Origin: Eledone cirrhosa | Lineage: Eukaryota | Length of the DNA stretch: 64,000 nucleotides | Reading direction: 5' to 3' | Assembly (NCBI GenBank): GCA_964016885.1 | Contig: OZ024743.1 | Coordinates: forward strand, 28,644,001 to 28,708,000 | Shown here: positions 13,721-27,016 of the stretch, one piece after another | Position numbering within the stretch: position 1 is the stretch's first letter | Layout of the letters: the number at the start of each line of letters is the position of its first letter | Made by a program: the position numbers and the translations under genes | The notes under the pieces: generated by a model | Databases searched by the model: none | Told to the model about the DNA's origin: nothing | What the model saw: only the letters and a program-made list of their open reading frames with translations

Positions 13721-13924
13721 AAAGTTAAACCATACACACGCTTCCAATCACAAAAGAATTATTGAACTAGGCACTACAATCTGAGGAAAGTAAACGTTAG
13801 GAGGGGATATCATCGATTCGTTATATTAATTCTTAAAATATTTAAAACAGATATAATTGTACAATTTAAAGTGGTGTGATGCAATAATCCCGTAACTCAG
13901 GTTGGTGTCATAGGGACGTCGTAT

Positions 13925-14202
13925 ACTACGCTTCTTGGGTACTTTAAGCCTAGCGGAGCCCATCACTCCCCAGGTCTGAACACAGCAGATTTCTTACAGT
14001 GCCGGATCGAGAGTGAGAGAGAGAGAAAGTGAGAAAGAGATATAGAGGAAGAATCGACCCAAATACAAGAGAGGTACTTTTTTTTATTGATCTAGATAGG
14101 ATGAAATGCAAAGTTGACTTCGGCGGGATTTGAACTCAGAGAGAAAAGAGCCGGAATACTGCAAAACATTATATCCGATGTTCTAACGACTCTGTCAATT
14201 CG
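13925..14202 (-). mobile_element. SINE family A variant with a different 3' tail
   Basis: AGGATGAAATGCAAAGTTGACTTCGGCGGGATTTGAACTC core. The CTTTAAGCCT..CGGAG.CCATC segment is shared with the copy at 20070. Confidence 0.7.
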
Positions 14203-14329
14203 TAACATGCATCAATAACTTAAATGACTAAGTATTGCGTTATTTTTGTAATATTTTCAACAAGGTGCTAAAGAAATAGACAAAATAAATATAAAGTACT
14301 CTGGGAAAGAATTGCACTGTAGACTTCAA

Positions 14330-15620
14330 TATCTTACTTCACACAACAGTTGAAATCCGCTTAGATAGTCACCTTTTACAAGCGCAAAAGTAACCGATAG
14401 GATAATGGAAAATAATGTGTACTTCCCCTTCTTTTAACTACAGGGGAAATTCTGCCATTATTACTCCTAAGGCGGATACAAAATTTCTCCGAGTGAATTT
14501 CTCTTGAAAGTTAATATGGATTCCATGCAACTTGGAGCAACAAAGTATGATTTTCACCTTTAGACAAATTCAAGAAAAAGCCATCGAACAGGGACTCCCA
14601 CTTTTCTTTCAATTCTTTGAATTTAGATAGCCGCTTGACAGTTTAGTAATAGAGCACTGATGAGTGATGCTCAAAAGTTATGGATGCTCGAACAAATTTC
14701 TGGAGATAGCCAAGCTGTTCCACGATTGCTCTCTTGAAAGCGATAACTCAGTTATGAGGTACAGCAAGGCTGTGTAATCACTCCGATGCTATTGGTGTTA
14801 TTCTTTGGAGCTTGAAAATATGGCAAGAGAGCTTTCGGGTGAAGAATATAAATGCACAAGAGTGGTTGGTAAATTTTTGAACCTATCTAAGCTAGTGTAT
14901 CCTCGCTACCCTCTTTGTTGCTGAGTCTGAAAGCTCTCCTGAGAATTATACATAATTTTAAATGTGTGGCATCTTGACTCAGCTGCACTCAAGAGTGGTG
15001 GAGCATGAATCTCTGGTTATCCTGGTTGTGAATCAGCCACAAAATGTGATAAATAAGTTTATATATTTGCGCACTATGATTTCTGATGAAAATAACCTGG
15101 ATGCAAAGATGGAGCACCGCACCCAGTTGCTGTGCTTGCTTTCGGAATGTTCAACGATCGAAGTGGAAATAACAAGGTATAAAACTGTCAAAAACGTGCA
15201 AAGAGTATGGAGCAGTGAGGATATCGTGTCTATAGCATTTTGCTGAAACTTATGCATTCTTCTACCAACCCTAGAAAAAGCTTACAAAGTGGCAGTTTCA
15301 TCAAATGAATCTAATAAATATTTTCTGGCAAGAACGCATCTCCATCCAGGTGGTCCAGTGGCACGTAAATATGCCTAATAGTGAGTCTATCTTCCTGGAA
15401 CCACGGCTTTACTGGATTGGAAATGTGATTCATCTGTAAACCATTAGGATCGCCAAGGCTATATACTATTGTGAATTGACATGTGGAAGTTGTCAAAGAG
15501 AAAAATCAAACCTCCATCATATGCATGTCATTAAACTATACATAAAAGCACGGCATGATTGCAACTGCATGGGAAAATACAGCAGTTGGTCACGAGAAAT
15601 TGAAGAGAACTTTAAAGTTA
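14330..15620 (+). mobile_element. Highly degraded RTE LINE
   Basis: Traces of VQQGCVITP (~14760) and YLRTMISDENNLDAKMEHR (a YLGS..IS-like motif, ORF 14962). Confidence 0.5.
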
Positions 15621-16292
15621 AATTAAACGTAAACAACGAGAAAAGGAAAACTAACTCGAATAACGTCTACTACAGTGAAACAGCCAACAATATTGTGTAA
15701 TATTATAGACATGGATGTACCAATACTTATGGTCTACAGTTTCACGAAAGAGAGCAGCATTGTTAAGGAAGTTAACTTACTAATTAAAAACAAATCAACT
15801 AAACCATACCTATTACAGAGAGAGAGAGATAGAGAGAGAGGGGGGATACTTTCAAGACCGAAACTCACTTTAATGGTTGTCAGATCAGGTGATCACTATA
15901 ATATCCCTGTGAGATTCTTTGTATGCATACACTTCATTCAGGTATTATGGTCTCTACCCTGTATCAACACACATATTCGACACGTAAGATCTTTTCCATT
16001 TCCTTTATATATTAGTATAATCTAACCTACCAATTGAATATGCTTTAATCAAGTCAGCTTATAAATAAGATACTCTCACAGCATTGTCAATTTATTTTTA
16101 AAAAAAACTCTGATCAGCACAAGCTAGATGAGTTAAAGCCCCCCCCCCCCCCTTTCTTGAGGGTATCGGTCATGAAATTGCGAGGTTAATCTGAGTTGAT
16201 TGAACACTTTTCCCTCACTTGTAGTATTCAGAATGGCAAGTGACTCCATTCTATTCAGAATGACAAAGGGATTCTATTTGAATATATGAACA

Positions 16293-16361
<69 letters not shown>

Positions 16362-16364
16362 ATC

Positions 16365-16650
16365 TAAAAAGTCTAAAGCCTGTCTTAAGCCAGAAGGCCT
16401 ATTTGGCCGGTGCTTATCCCGGTTTAATGGCGTGAAACGACTGAGAGTACAAGACTCCCCCCTGTGCAGTACGCCAGTCTATCGCAGGGTTAAACCCCCA
16501 GCTATAGCTGGTACTCATTTTCAGCTATATATACTGGAGCAACGTGAAATCAAGTGTTTTGCTCAAGAACACAACACGCAACCCAAGAATCGAACCCACG
16601 ACATTATAATTGTAAGTCCAACACCCTAACCACTAGACCACGTGCCTCCA
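16365..16650 (-). mobile_element. tRNA-derived SINE, family B
   Basis: Minus-strand head with TAGTGGTTAGGGTG and GGTTCGATTC boxes, then GTGTTCTTGAGCAAAACAC..CACGTTGCTCCAGT. Related copies at ~33540 and ~35010. Confidence 0.75.
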
Positions 16651-16900
16651 CATATATGTATATACATATGTATGTGTGTGTGTGTGTAAATCCACATTAT
16701 ATACTTTCATACACACTACGATTATGATTAGAGCTACCTTAGTACTTCTGCAAATTAATTATAAAGAACCAAGTTCACACTATATGCAAATGAGCATTAC
16801 CAACCGATTTGCTATATACAAAATTAACATCTCAAGCAAATGACCATCACGCAAAATCTATGTGTTCGAGTCTATTTTCATCTCAGTACCAGTTGAGTCA

Positions 16901-16947
16901 ATGTTACTGATGAGAGGTTAACGAACCTTGAAACAGCTGTCTGGTAT
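16901..16947 (+). ncRNA. Type I hammerhead ribozyme motif
   Basis: ATGTTA-CTGATGA-GAGGTT aacg AACCTT-GAAA-CAGCTG-TC-TGGTAT. Palindromic stem III, GUC site; stem I relies on G:U pairs. Confidence 0.7.
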
Positions 16948-17065
16948 TCTCAAGGGCTACTGAGATACCTGTGACATATACATAGAGCAGAATAGAGAGA
17001 AATAATTTTTACTTAATGAAACAATATTTTTTCTTTGATAGGGAAGCTCACATATGTTTGTTGTA

Positions 17066-17705
17066 TACTAGCAGTGGTACCCGGCGTTGCACAGGATAAG
17101 GTATTTTGGAACGCGGGCCGCCAACAGACCTAATCGTGGAAAAACTGCATGCCTGGACAAGATGTAAAGAAAATAAACCGAATACTATGATGGATGGATA
17201 ATCTTTAAGATTTTCCTCGATGAAGCAGGAAAAATGCAGGTTTTCACCTAATGCGGGCCCTGGGGGATCAAGAAAATGAATATTTTTTTATGTACATTAT
17301 ATGCCTTGAAATTTCTGGAAAATCGGCTAGACGTAACGCCTCCAAAAAGCCCTAAAAGGATGAAAAAATGAAGTTGTTCACCTAATGCGGGCTCTAATCC
17401 ATAAAAAAGCTGGATTTTCTTTGTTCACGGTATGAAGAGACTGACTGATACATAGTTACAATATCAAGGAAATCGGTCTGACGTAGCGCCTCAAAAAAAC
17501 CCCTAAAAAGCTGAAAAAAAACGCAGTTTTTCACCTAATGCGATTCCTATGGGGATCAAAACGTTGACTTTTTATGTGCATAACACTCCCTGAAACATAA
17601 GTAATACACATGTAAAGTTTGAAAGAAATCGGTTGGGTACCTCTCGAGTTTTAGGGATTCAAACTCACACACACACACACAAACCCTCAGTTTTATATAT
17701 ATAGG
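17066..17705 (+). mobile_element. Non-autonomous Helentron/Helitron2-like element (HINE/DINE type)
   Basis: Starts ACTAGCAG..TACCCGGCGTTGC. Internal ~140-bp tandem repeats (TTCACCTAATGCG at ~17243, 17377, 17530). Ends AAGTTTGAAAGAAATCGGTTG...(CA)n...TTTTATATATATAG. Confidence 0.65.
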
Positions 17706-17753
17706 TAAGTATATAGTATATGCTTCTTATATACTCTCCTATTATATTGTATT

Positions 17754-18800
17754 ACTAGTTGAGGTACCCAGCGTTGCTAATGTTTAAGTAATACAATTGT
17801 TTGTGCAGAAATAACACTTGATGAAGCTCTCGGTTGAATTAAGTCTTATAGGAAAACACGGTCATCGTCGGGGATGTCCACACCACGGCCAACTGGTTAA
17901 TGCGACCCCCAAAGGCCTTCTATCCTTCCCGTAAGATGTTCCATTCAGTTAAATATACGCATGTTAGCAACAAAGATGACACAGCCTATGGTGTGTAGAT
18001 ACATTTTCAATATCTTTACGGCCCGCGTGTCAACTGTGGCCCTTTGAAGATTTCTATTCGATTCGCAAAGTGTTCCGCCCGGTATACATTTTTGGAAAAT
18101 ACCCCCGCATTACCCAACCAGAGCCAATAAGTCCCATTTGTCTGGGTAAAACTCGGCTCGTGGAGGGCAAATTCAATTGTTATCCATCCCATTGTTGTAC
18201 AGCCCTCTGTCCCGCTGGAGAAAACCATCCACTGCACATAAGTGGTGTATCTATGATGTTTGTAAAAAGCATTTGCGACATTCAATATTTGCGGTGTTTT
18301 CGCTTTATTAAGGTGCCCTGGGGAAACTTTTAACACCTTATTGATACATAAATAATGCACCTGTACAGTTTAAAGCAAATTGGTTGTTCATATCAGAAGA
18401 AACAAACCAAATGAAAAATAGGTTTGTGCGGCTTTTTGCCTTACGCGAGTTGTCTGGGATAATTTCTTATCCTAAAGCCATCCTTAGCACATAATTTATC
18501 TGTGTTTCAATTTTGAAGGAAATCGGTTGAGAACTTTAAAATTTATGGCAGAAAATAACATTCATATGAGCATTTGCATGCAAATGTCCTATTGATTTAT
18601 AAAAAATCGATGCAGACTGGAAATTATATCGATTTTATTAAACTTCAAAGTAAGTAAGAAATCAAATGAGCATGAGAGCCACACGCGTGTCAAGTTTCAT
18701 CAAGATCAGTTTGGTAGTTTTTTAGTTTTAGGTTCACAAACAAATCCACAAACAAACACACACACAAACAAACAGAAATTGCCATTTATGTATGTAGATA
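17754..18800 (+). mobile_element. Second HINE/DINE-type element
   Basis: Starts ACTAGTTGAGGTACCCAGCGTTGC. Ends CAAGTTTCATCAAGATC...(CAAA/CA)n...TTTATGTATGTAGAT. Confidence 0.55.
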
Positions 18801-18809
18801 TATGAACAC

Positions 18810-19932
18810 GTCTATTAAAAGCTCTGACATTTTTCTCACTTGTTCTGATTATCATTTTTTTTCAGACAACAAGCTAAGTAAGACAATCAAAAGGTAACTG
18901 TAATCGTTGCTCTGAAAGTAGGACATTGTGATTTAGAGATTGCTCGTTTCATCAAAGTTGCACGGTCATTTGTTCTCAAAGTATGCAAAACGCTGGAAGT
19001 CACTGGTGGGGATTATACAGCAGTAGTCAAACGTAAAACGCCTAGTAATGGTGCTAAAACCATTAAAAACACGCAAATTTGCACGACAGGTGCAGAACAT
19101 TATCGATAAGAACTCCAGAAACTAATTAGCGCTACTGCTAAGGAGCTCAAAGTTTGACGGCACACTATCAGAAAAATGATGCATAACAACCTTCGGTACC
19201 AGTCATATGTGACAAGGTGAGACCAATTCATAACAAAAGATAACCATCTGATCTGCGCAAAGCAATTGTTAAGCATGTTGAACATCAAGAGCCAATGATC
19301 ATACACACAAAATTTCCAGCAACTGTGATGGTTCTGGAAGTTGTGAGCAGCGTGGGAGATATCATGCCCCCTCACCTCTTTCCTCGGTACATAAGAATCA
19401 ATACCTTTGACTATGAACAGGTTTTGGAGAGTGTTGTGAGGACTTGGATAGAGAGCTTCAGAAAAGAAAAATCGTACGTCTACCAATAAGAATGGATGAG
19501 TTACAATTTCCACGATCACATCATTCCGAACATATAGCCTCCTAGCTCTCCAAACCTGAATCTGTTGGACTGCTACATATGGGGCGTAATCGAGAAGGAA
19601 GTCAATCAACGTCCCCATAACCCTACATAACCTCTTAAGTCTGCCATATCTAGCACAATGTCCAAAATAGATAAAGATCACCTGATTAGGTTAGGTCAAC
19701 GTTTCAGACCTCGTATTGAAGCAGTCATCGGTGCTAACGGCAGATTCAATTAGTAGATGCGTTAAGAAGAATTTCCAGATTATCTATGCCAATCTTTCTC
19801 AAATAAAGCTTTTCTTTTGATGAGTCTAAAGATTATTCATGTTACTGTTTTCTCAAATAAATCTCTTCTTTTATAACATGCGTTTTTTACTAAATTCATG
19901 CAAAAGTCCTAAAAAGACTGAGCAACACTGTA
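18810..19932 (+). mobile_element. IS630-Tc1-mariner transposase relic
   Basis: HTH-like LEIARFIKVARSFVLKV; KFPATVMVLEVVSSVGDIMPPHLF; PPSSPNLNLLDCYIWG (WPPxSPDLNPLDY-like, ~19540); ends CACTG|TA. Left TIR not seen. Confidence 0.75.
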
Positions 19933-20069
19933 TATTCGCAATTATAAAGTTACCCGTTTGATCCTGCTGTGTGGCATGTTGTTCAAGTATCATTGTTTTA
20001 GTATCGGGTCAACGAAAGACATGCGAATGAAATTAAGTTAATGACGCTATAAGGACGCTATAAGTTAAT

Positions 20070-20312
20070 GACATACGACGTTTCTAGGGCACTTTAAGCC
20101 TGGCGGAGACCATCCTTCTCCAAGCCTGAGTACAACAGATGTCTTCCAGAGAGAAGAATCGACTCCAGTACTAGACTGATACTTTTTTATCCACATTGAA
20201 AGGATGAAAGGCAAAGTTGACCTCGGTGGGTTTTGAACTCGCAGAGAGCCGGAACGAATACCATAAAGCATTCTATCCGATGGTCTAACCACTCTGCCAA
20301 TTTACCGCCTTA
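20070..20312 (-). mobile_element. SINE family A variant
   Basis: AGGATGAAAGGCAAAGTTGACCTCGGTGGGTTTTGAACTC core. Confidence 0.75.
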
Positions 20313-20739
20313 CTGTAACAGTATTTCAAAGGAAAATGTTTGTCAAGCAATGCGTCAGATTGAATCTACATTTTAAGGGGTACACATGTCTTTAGAATGC
20401 TCAGCTACTTATACGTTAATTTCGTGAGGAGGGGATGTCGTTTATCGAACAACTGCAAAATCCTCGTCGAAACTGAGTTTCATTTCATTCCCAGGACAAA
20501 AGTATTTAAACGTGGAATCGTTTCTATACTTTTTCATACTTCTTATTCATTATATTTTACTCTACTGTAGTAAAGGATTTAAACCGAAAGGCCAGATCCC
20601 GTGCCTTTCTCTTCTGCCTATATATTTTCACTGTACACGTATGGTTCTTATTCTCGTGCTTTGCGTTCTTAATTTTGTTCTCCAACTTCTTTACTCTGTT
20701 AAAACTAACGTTTGAGCTACTTTCTTCCACGTCCTTACC

Positions 20740-20954
<215 letters not shown>

Positions 20955-21073
20955 TATATATATATATATAAAATAAACATTAATCTGTTATTTTAATAAA
21001 TATATATATATACAGTAAAGTTAAGATGCACACACACATATATATCATATATATATATATACACACTTATATA

Positions 21074-21118
<45 letters not shown>

Positions 21119-21202
21119 TGCTGTGGATCTAGGTTCAGTCATGCTGGGTCGAACCTTAGGCAAGAATATATACATTTATATATATATAAATATATATGTG
21201 TT

Positions 21203-21241
<39 letters not shown>

Positions 21242-21709
21242 GTGTGTGCATGTGGAAGCGTGTGTGTATGTGGGTATGAACATGTGTATAGGGGTACCAT
21301 GTGTGTGTTTATTTACTGCCTTAGCTATCATATAATTCTGGAATTGAAAATGGAATAATCCATATAATTAGAAAATCTCGAATTGATGTATTCACATTTG
21401 TGTTCTCATTATATACATGCCGTTTAGCCAAAAGCTTTAAAAGAAAAACCTCATTGTATTATGGGCTTAATTAAAATGGAATTGCAATCAACTTCATCGA
21501 ATATTTAATTCTTAGAAAGATTTTCAGAAGGCAAATTGCAGCTTTCTCTTCTCTACTGATCAAATATCTATCCATACCTCACTCTTTCCCTCTCTCTCTC
21601 TCTCTCTTTCTCTGTCTCTCTCTCTCTCTTTCCCTCTATCTTTCTCTCCCTATCTCTTTCCTCTCTCTTTCTTTCTCTCTCTCTCTAAATATATATATTC
21701 ATTTAATGG

Positions 21710-21758
21710 CTTCTTACTCTGGAGTTTCACCTACGCATTCGCAAGATATTCAGACAAG
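21710..21758 (-). ncRNA. Degenerate type I hammerhead motif
   Basis: Minus: CTTGT-CTGAATA-TCTTGCG aatg CGTAGGT-GAAA-CTCcaGAG-TA-AGAAG. The core is one substitution from CUGAAGA. Confidence 0.5.
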
Positions 21759-21779
21759 GTGTAAAGATTTCTGGGATGT

Positions 21780-21888
<109 letters not shown>

Positions 21889-21989
21889 TGTGTAAGAGTA
21901 TCATCATTAAACTTATTCAGGTGAAACGTGCGTTTCGCGATTGATAATTCCAAGGTTCGATCTGTATCGATCGGGCCTAACTCTGGAAT

Positions 21990-22028
<39 letters not shown>

Positions 22029-22175
22029 AATTGAAATACTAGAGTGTGTTGGAGTTAAACACCCTCTTCGTATTATAGAAATGACAGTAAAGGTATAGCT
22101 CAATGTAATTAAACAGAGCCGAAGAATTATGAAAATAAACCAAAGAAGCCTTCAATACATCAAAAGTCTTTATTA

Positions 22176-22213
22176 GCCAACAATGTTTCGTCCTATTAAG
22201 GACTCATCAGGGC
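22176..22213 (-). ncRNA. Minimal type I hammerhead ribozyme motif
   Basis: Minus: GCC-CTGATGA-GTCCT taat AGGAC-GAAA-CATTG-TT-GGC, followed by TAATAAA. Confidence 0.75.
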
Positions 22214-22901
22214 AATTAAAGCTATAAGAAGCACTATCAGCCAATACAACCTTGGACCATCGACTGAGTTGAAAGGCTTAGAAAATGTAGAAATCTTGAA
22301 CACAGGAAATAATTGTGAACACAGTTGATTGAAATAAAAATTAGATTAGAAATATATATATTGTGTGAGCTATGGTGCCCAGATCATAATTTGGAAGACT
22401 TCGAAATGTGGGGCGATTAATTTAGACATGGTCTGAGCCAATACTGACTGAAGCCTATCGAAGTTATCAAAGTTTTATATACAATGGAAAAAAGACAATA
22501 CGATGAAGAAATGAAGAAATGAAGAAATGTATTAGTTTAGTTTTTAGCAAATCAAGCGTTAAACTACAATATTTCATCATTTTATTATCGTACTGTGTTG
22601 TTTCCTTTGTTATGCTCGGTTGCGTTTTGCATATATATATATATATATATATATATCTCCAGGGAGTGTAACGCGGATTTACTGTAGGTTCACCCGGGTG
22701 AGGACTCGATGCCGGTATCGAGGTGTAGAGCTAGACAGAGTGTAGTATAATAAAACAAGAACGAATGGTTACTCCTTCATTACGTTTATTGGTTAGTGAC
22801 ACGCGTTTCGCTATTGATCAGTTGAATGTTCGAACTGTAACGATCTAGCCCGACTCTGTAATCAATGGCTCGTCGGACCACCTCTGTGGTAGTAATGACA
22901 G

Positions 22902-22934
<33 letters not shown>

Positions 22935-22959
22935 AGCCAAACTCACTATCTTCAAATCG

Positions 22960-23308
22960 GTATTCGTGCCAAACATTACCTATGATCATGCATCTTGGGT
23001 AATGATCGAAAGAGTACGAACACGAAAATAAGCAGCCGAAATGAGGTTCCTCCGAAGGGTTTTTGGAGTAACATTATTCGATAGAGTCCTTAGCTCGTAG
23101 ATCAGCGTGTCGTTCCAGATATAGCTGCTATTTCTACGAATTGAGAGATCACAACTCTGATAATAGTGAGAATGTCTTACAAATGAATTGCTGGACAGAT
23201 ATTACATGAAAAACCAATCGGTAGAAAACCCAGGGGTAGACCCCGAGTACGATGGTTAGATAATATCAATGAGCTCGGCTAGTCTTGCTTGAGTATCCAA
23301 CTGGGTAA
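22960..23308 (+). mobile_element. RTE LINE 3' fragment
   Basis: AAEMRFLRRVFGVTLFDRV (~23032) and GRKPRGRPRVRWLDNI (~23220). Confidence 0.7.
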
Positions 23309-23340
23309 ATGTACATATATATGTATGTATATATATATAT

Positions 23341-24867
23341 CAACGCCGCCTGGACCAACATCTGCGACCGGCGGAAGCTCCCGAAGAAGCTGAGATACAA
23401 CCCCCTCACGAGGAACAGCAGACTACCCGCCTTCTACCACCTCGTGAAAACACACAAACAGGGACCCGACCTGAAGATCAGGCCCAGCGTATCGAGCGTG
23501 GAGGGACCACTCTACAAAATTTCATGGCTCCTAGCCAGAATACTCAAACCCATCTTAGACACCTTGCCGGGACACGTTAACAGCTCCGAGGAGGTGTTGA
23601 AGCGCCTGCATCAAATGGATCCCGACACCAGAAGGAATAACAGATATGCCTTCAGCCTTGATGTAGTCGCTCTCTACACCTCGGTCCCGGCACTCCCGGC
23701 CGTCAATATACTGATGGAACGCGTCCAATCCACCGACCTCCACTGCTTCGGGCTCACCACTACTGACATCCACCAACTCCTATCCATCGTCGTCGACAAC
23801 ACCTACTTCGGATTCCTTGACAAAACATACCAACAAACCTCGGGATTGCCCATGGGATCAAGCCTATCAGGTGTGCTAGCAATCTCTTACATGGACAACC
23901 TCGAACGCAAGGCACTCAACGCCTGCCACCCCAACGCCGTAGCCTTTTTCTCAAGGTACGTGGACGATATCCTCATCCTCACATCTTCCCAAGACACGGC
24001 GAACAGAATCTATGAGACGCTCAACAACACGGACGAGAACATTGACTTCAGTGTTGAACACCCCAACGAAGACAGGTCACTTGCCCTCCTCGACTTCCGA
24101 ATCAACATCACGGAACAGGGAAGGATCCACTGCAACTTCTACCGAAAGGCAGCCTGCAGGGACCTGTTCGTTCACTACAAGTCCGCCCTCCCTAACAGTG
24201 CCAAAAGAGGATACATCACGAACGAGATCGCGCGAATCAAAAACAGATGCAGCGATCCCGCGAGTGGTGTCACTCATACCAAGCGATTCCTAGAGGTGCT
24301 GGAGACGAACGGGTACCCTACCTCGATCACAGACAGAATAGGAGACACCAGACGCAAGAGACAGAGAGGCACCCAAGGCAAGTGCTTCCTTAAAATGCCA
24401 CACCTGGGCGAGAATACCACCAACGCTATCCGCAAAGCTATACGGAGACGGGCCTCGACATCCACCTGGCCCACTCGGGCCCTTCCCTGCGAAGATGCCT
24501 CTCCAAGAAACCCGGGAAATCTACTGACGCATGCTCCCTCAGAGACTGCCCGATACGCCATGCAAACTGTTGCCTACGCACATACGTCGTGTATAAGATA
24601 GAATGTGACAGGTTCAACCAATACTACATAGGTAGCACAATCCGACATTTGCACATCCGGATCAAGGAACACACTAAAACCAGGGCCTCGTCTTTCCGAA
24701 AACACATAGACAAATGCAGAAACAAAGACGGAAGGCCCATTGTCACAATTCTAGCGACTGAAAGAAACGTCGGCACGTTACGTATCAAGGAAGCGCTTTT
24801 TATCAAACGCCTGCAACCGCAAATAAACAACCGATCAGAGAGAAGCGAAATGAGATGGCTGGTTTAA
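23341..24867 (+). pseudogene. PLE RT-GIY-YIG polyprotein with one frameshift
   Basis: ORFs 23309-24601 and 24589-24867 join into one protein. Confidence 0.88.
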
Positions 24868-25505
24868 GCTAACAAACGATGCAGCAACACACGCACACAC
24901 ACAAACGAGACAACTACACACACGCGCACACACACACACACACAGTAGGATTCCACAATACGAACATACTACACTGCCAATACAGAGGGACAAGGCAACA
25001 ACACACGCACACACACACACACTCAAGCGAGATAACAACACACGCACACACACACACAGTAACATTTAACAAACAGGCAGAGAATGGACTGACAGCTAGC
25101 GCCACCCCACTCCCTCATTCGGCCGCTGACCTCTGCCCGACCGACCCCATTTCACGCGCACGCGCGCTCTGCCGAATACCTCAGATATTCAAAACAACAA
25201 ACAGCGGAGGACGCGTTTCGCACCTGTCCGACAGACAACCTTTACCCCATCCCGGAAAAACCCCCAGTTGATAGATGTGAATCCGAAATATATAGGGACT
25301 ATTAAATCTCTCCCAAGGTAACTCTCTCTCGTGTTGTTATTTTAATTTTATCCTTTATACTCTTTCCTTCATTCTTCTACACATCTCATACACACCACGC
25401 ATCTCAACGTACACCCACTTACATCTCTCTCTCCACCACCGGATCTTGTTGCCCGGAGATTTACCCATTTGCATTGTCGAGGCTTCCAAACGACTTAAAG
25501 ATATT
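23341..25505 (+). mobile_element. Penelope-like element (RT + C-terminal GIY-YIG), 5'-truncated, between (TA)n runs
   Basis: FYHLVKTHK, KIRPSVS, SLDVVALYTSVP, GLPMGSSLS, FSRYVDDI, LLDF, FYRK. Frameshift at ~24450, then linker CSLRDCPIRHANCC and VVYKIEC..YYIGST..RIKEH..LRIKEALFI..PQIN. Confidence 0.93.
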
Positions 25506-25566
<61 letters not shown>

Positions 25567-25816
25567 GAAAAGTATAGAAATTGTTGTAGCGAGAAGCTAA
25601 CAGTATTCCATAATATATAAGTGACTATAGCGTCAAAATGGGAAAATAGTTAACATAAGATATGGGAAAAATAATTCAAACTCAATTCAAAAAGAATCAG
25701 GATATAGATTTATCCAACAGAATTTAGAGAAATCCAGGGAAAAATCAATAGAGCCTTAACTCATGATAAAATAAAGTCTAAAGTACTCATCCTTCAATTT
25801 GGGACAACTTCAAATA

Positions 25817-25896
25817 CTCTGTATAGTCTTGAAATGACTATTTCACGAAAACTTTCAATGGGGATGGTCACGGTTGGATTTCGTTCATCAGTAGAC

Positions 25897-25897
<1 letters not shown>
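25817..25897 (-). ncRNA. Type I hammerhead motif with long loop 2
   Basis: Minus: TCTA-CTGATGA-ACGAAA (28 nt) TTTCGT-GAAA-TAGTC atttcaa GACTA-TA-CAGA. One mismatch in stem I. Confidence 0.55.
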
Positions 25898-25939
<42 letters not shown>

Positions 25940-25964
25940 TGTGTGTGTGTGTGTGTGTGTGGTG

Positions 25965-26041
<77 letters not shown>

Positions 26042-26210
26042 TTGAAAAAAATGAAAACGAAATTTCATTTCTCACTCTTATATGGCACTTACGTTTTCGG
26101 TATGCCTGACCGATTTAACTCACTCAATATGCAAATTAGGCTGCTCAACCGTTAATTTTCATAAGGAAAGTATATACTTTCGAACGTTCAACTATCTGGC
26201 AGATGGGTAT

Positions 26211-26253
26211 ACGGTGCTGATGATAGCTAACAAGCTTGAAACTAGTACATCGT
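26211..26253 (+). ncRNA. Type I hammerhead ribozyme, tandem copy 1
   Basis: ACGGTG-CTGATGA-TAGCT aaca AGCTT-GAAA-CTAG-TA-CATCGT. Confidence 0.78.
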
Positions 26254-26411
26254 TCCTGTGTCAGTGTTGAACAAAAAGGTGACGTGGTTGCCTTAACACC
26301 GTATGGCATAAATTCAGGCTGTTCAGTTTGTTTACAAACGAACAAAGCGGCGTTATAATAAGCGTCCGCTAAACTGATGCGTGCATATATGTATGTGTAC
26401 CTGTATGTATA

Positions 26412-26501
<90 letters not shown>

Positions 26502-26736
26502 TGCTACTGTACGTCTGTATACATATATGTATGTACCTATACATATATACTTACATTTAAGTAAGTGCCATACTAAGAGTGAGAAATGAAATTTCGTTTT
26601 CATTTTTTTCAACTTATCGTTTTCGGTATGCCTGACCGATTTAACTCACTCAATATGCAAATTAGGCTACTCAGCCGTTAATTTTCATAAGGAAAGTATA
26701 TACTTTCGAACGTTCAACTATCTGGCAGATGGGTAT

Positions 26737-26779
26737 ACGGTGCTGATGATAGCTAACAAGCTTGAAACTAGTACATCGT
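26737..26779 (+). ncRNA. Type I hammerhead ribozyme, tandem copy 2
   Basis: Identical to 26211-26253. Confidence 0.78.
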
Positions 26780-26929
26780 TCCTGTGTCAGTGTTGAACAA
26801 AAAGGTGACGTGGTTGCCTTAACACCGTATGGCATAAATTCAGGCTGTTCAGTTTGTTTACAAACGAACAAAGCGGCGTTATAATAAGCGTCCGCTAAAC
26901 TGATGCGTGCATATATGTATGTGTACCTG

Positions 26930-26960
<31 letters not shown>

Positions 26961-27016
26961 GCATGCTACTGTACATCTGTATACATATATGTATGTACGT
27001 ATACATACATACTTAC

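Noticed and set aside
14652-14680. CTGATGA as a hammerhead core (also ~15082, and CTGAAGA on minus at ~48785)
   Set aside because: No stem II followed by GAAA and a closing stem I.
23341-24867. Naiad-type or selenoprotein-encoding PLE
   Set aside because: The endonuclease is C-terminal and no in-frame TGA replaces Cys; the break is a frameshift.
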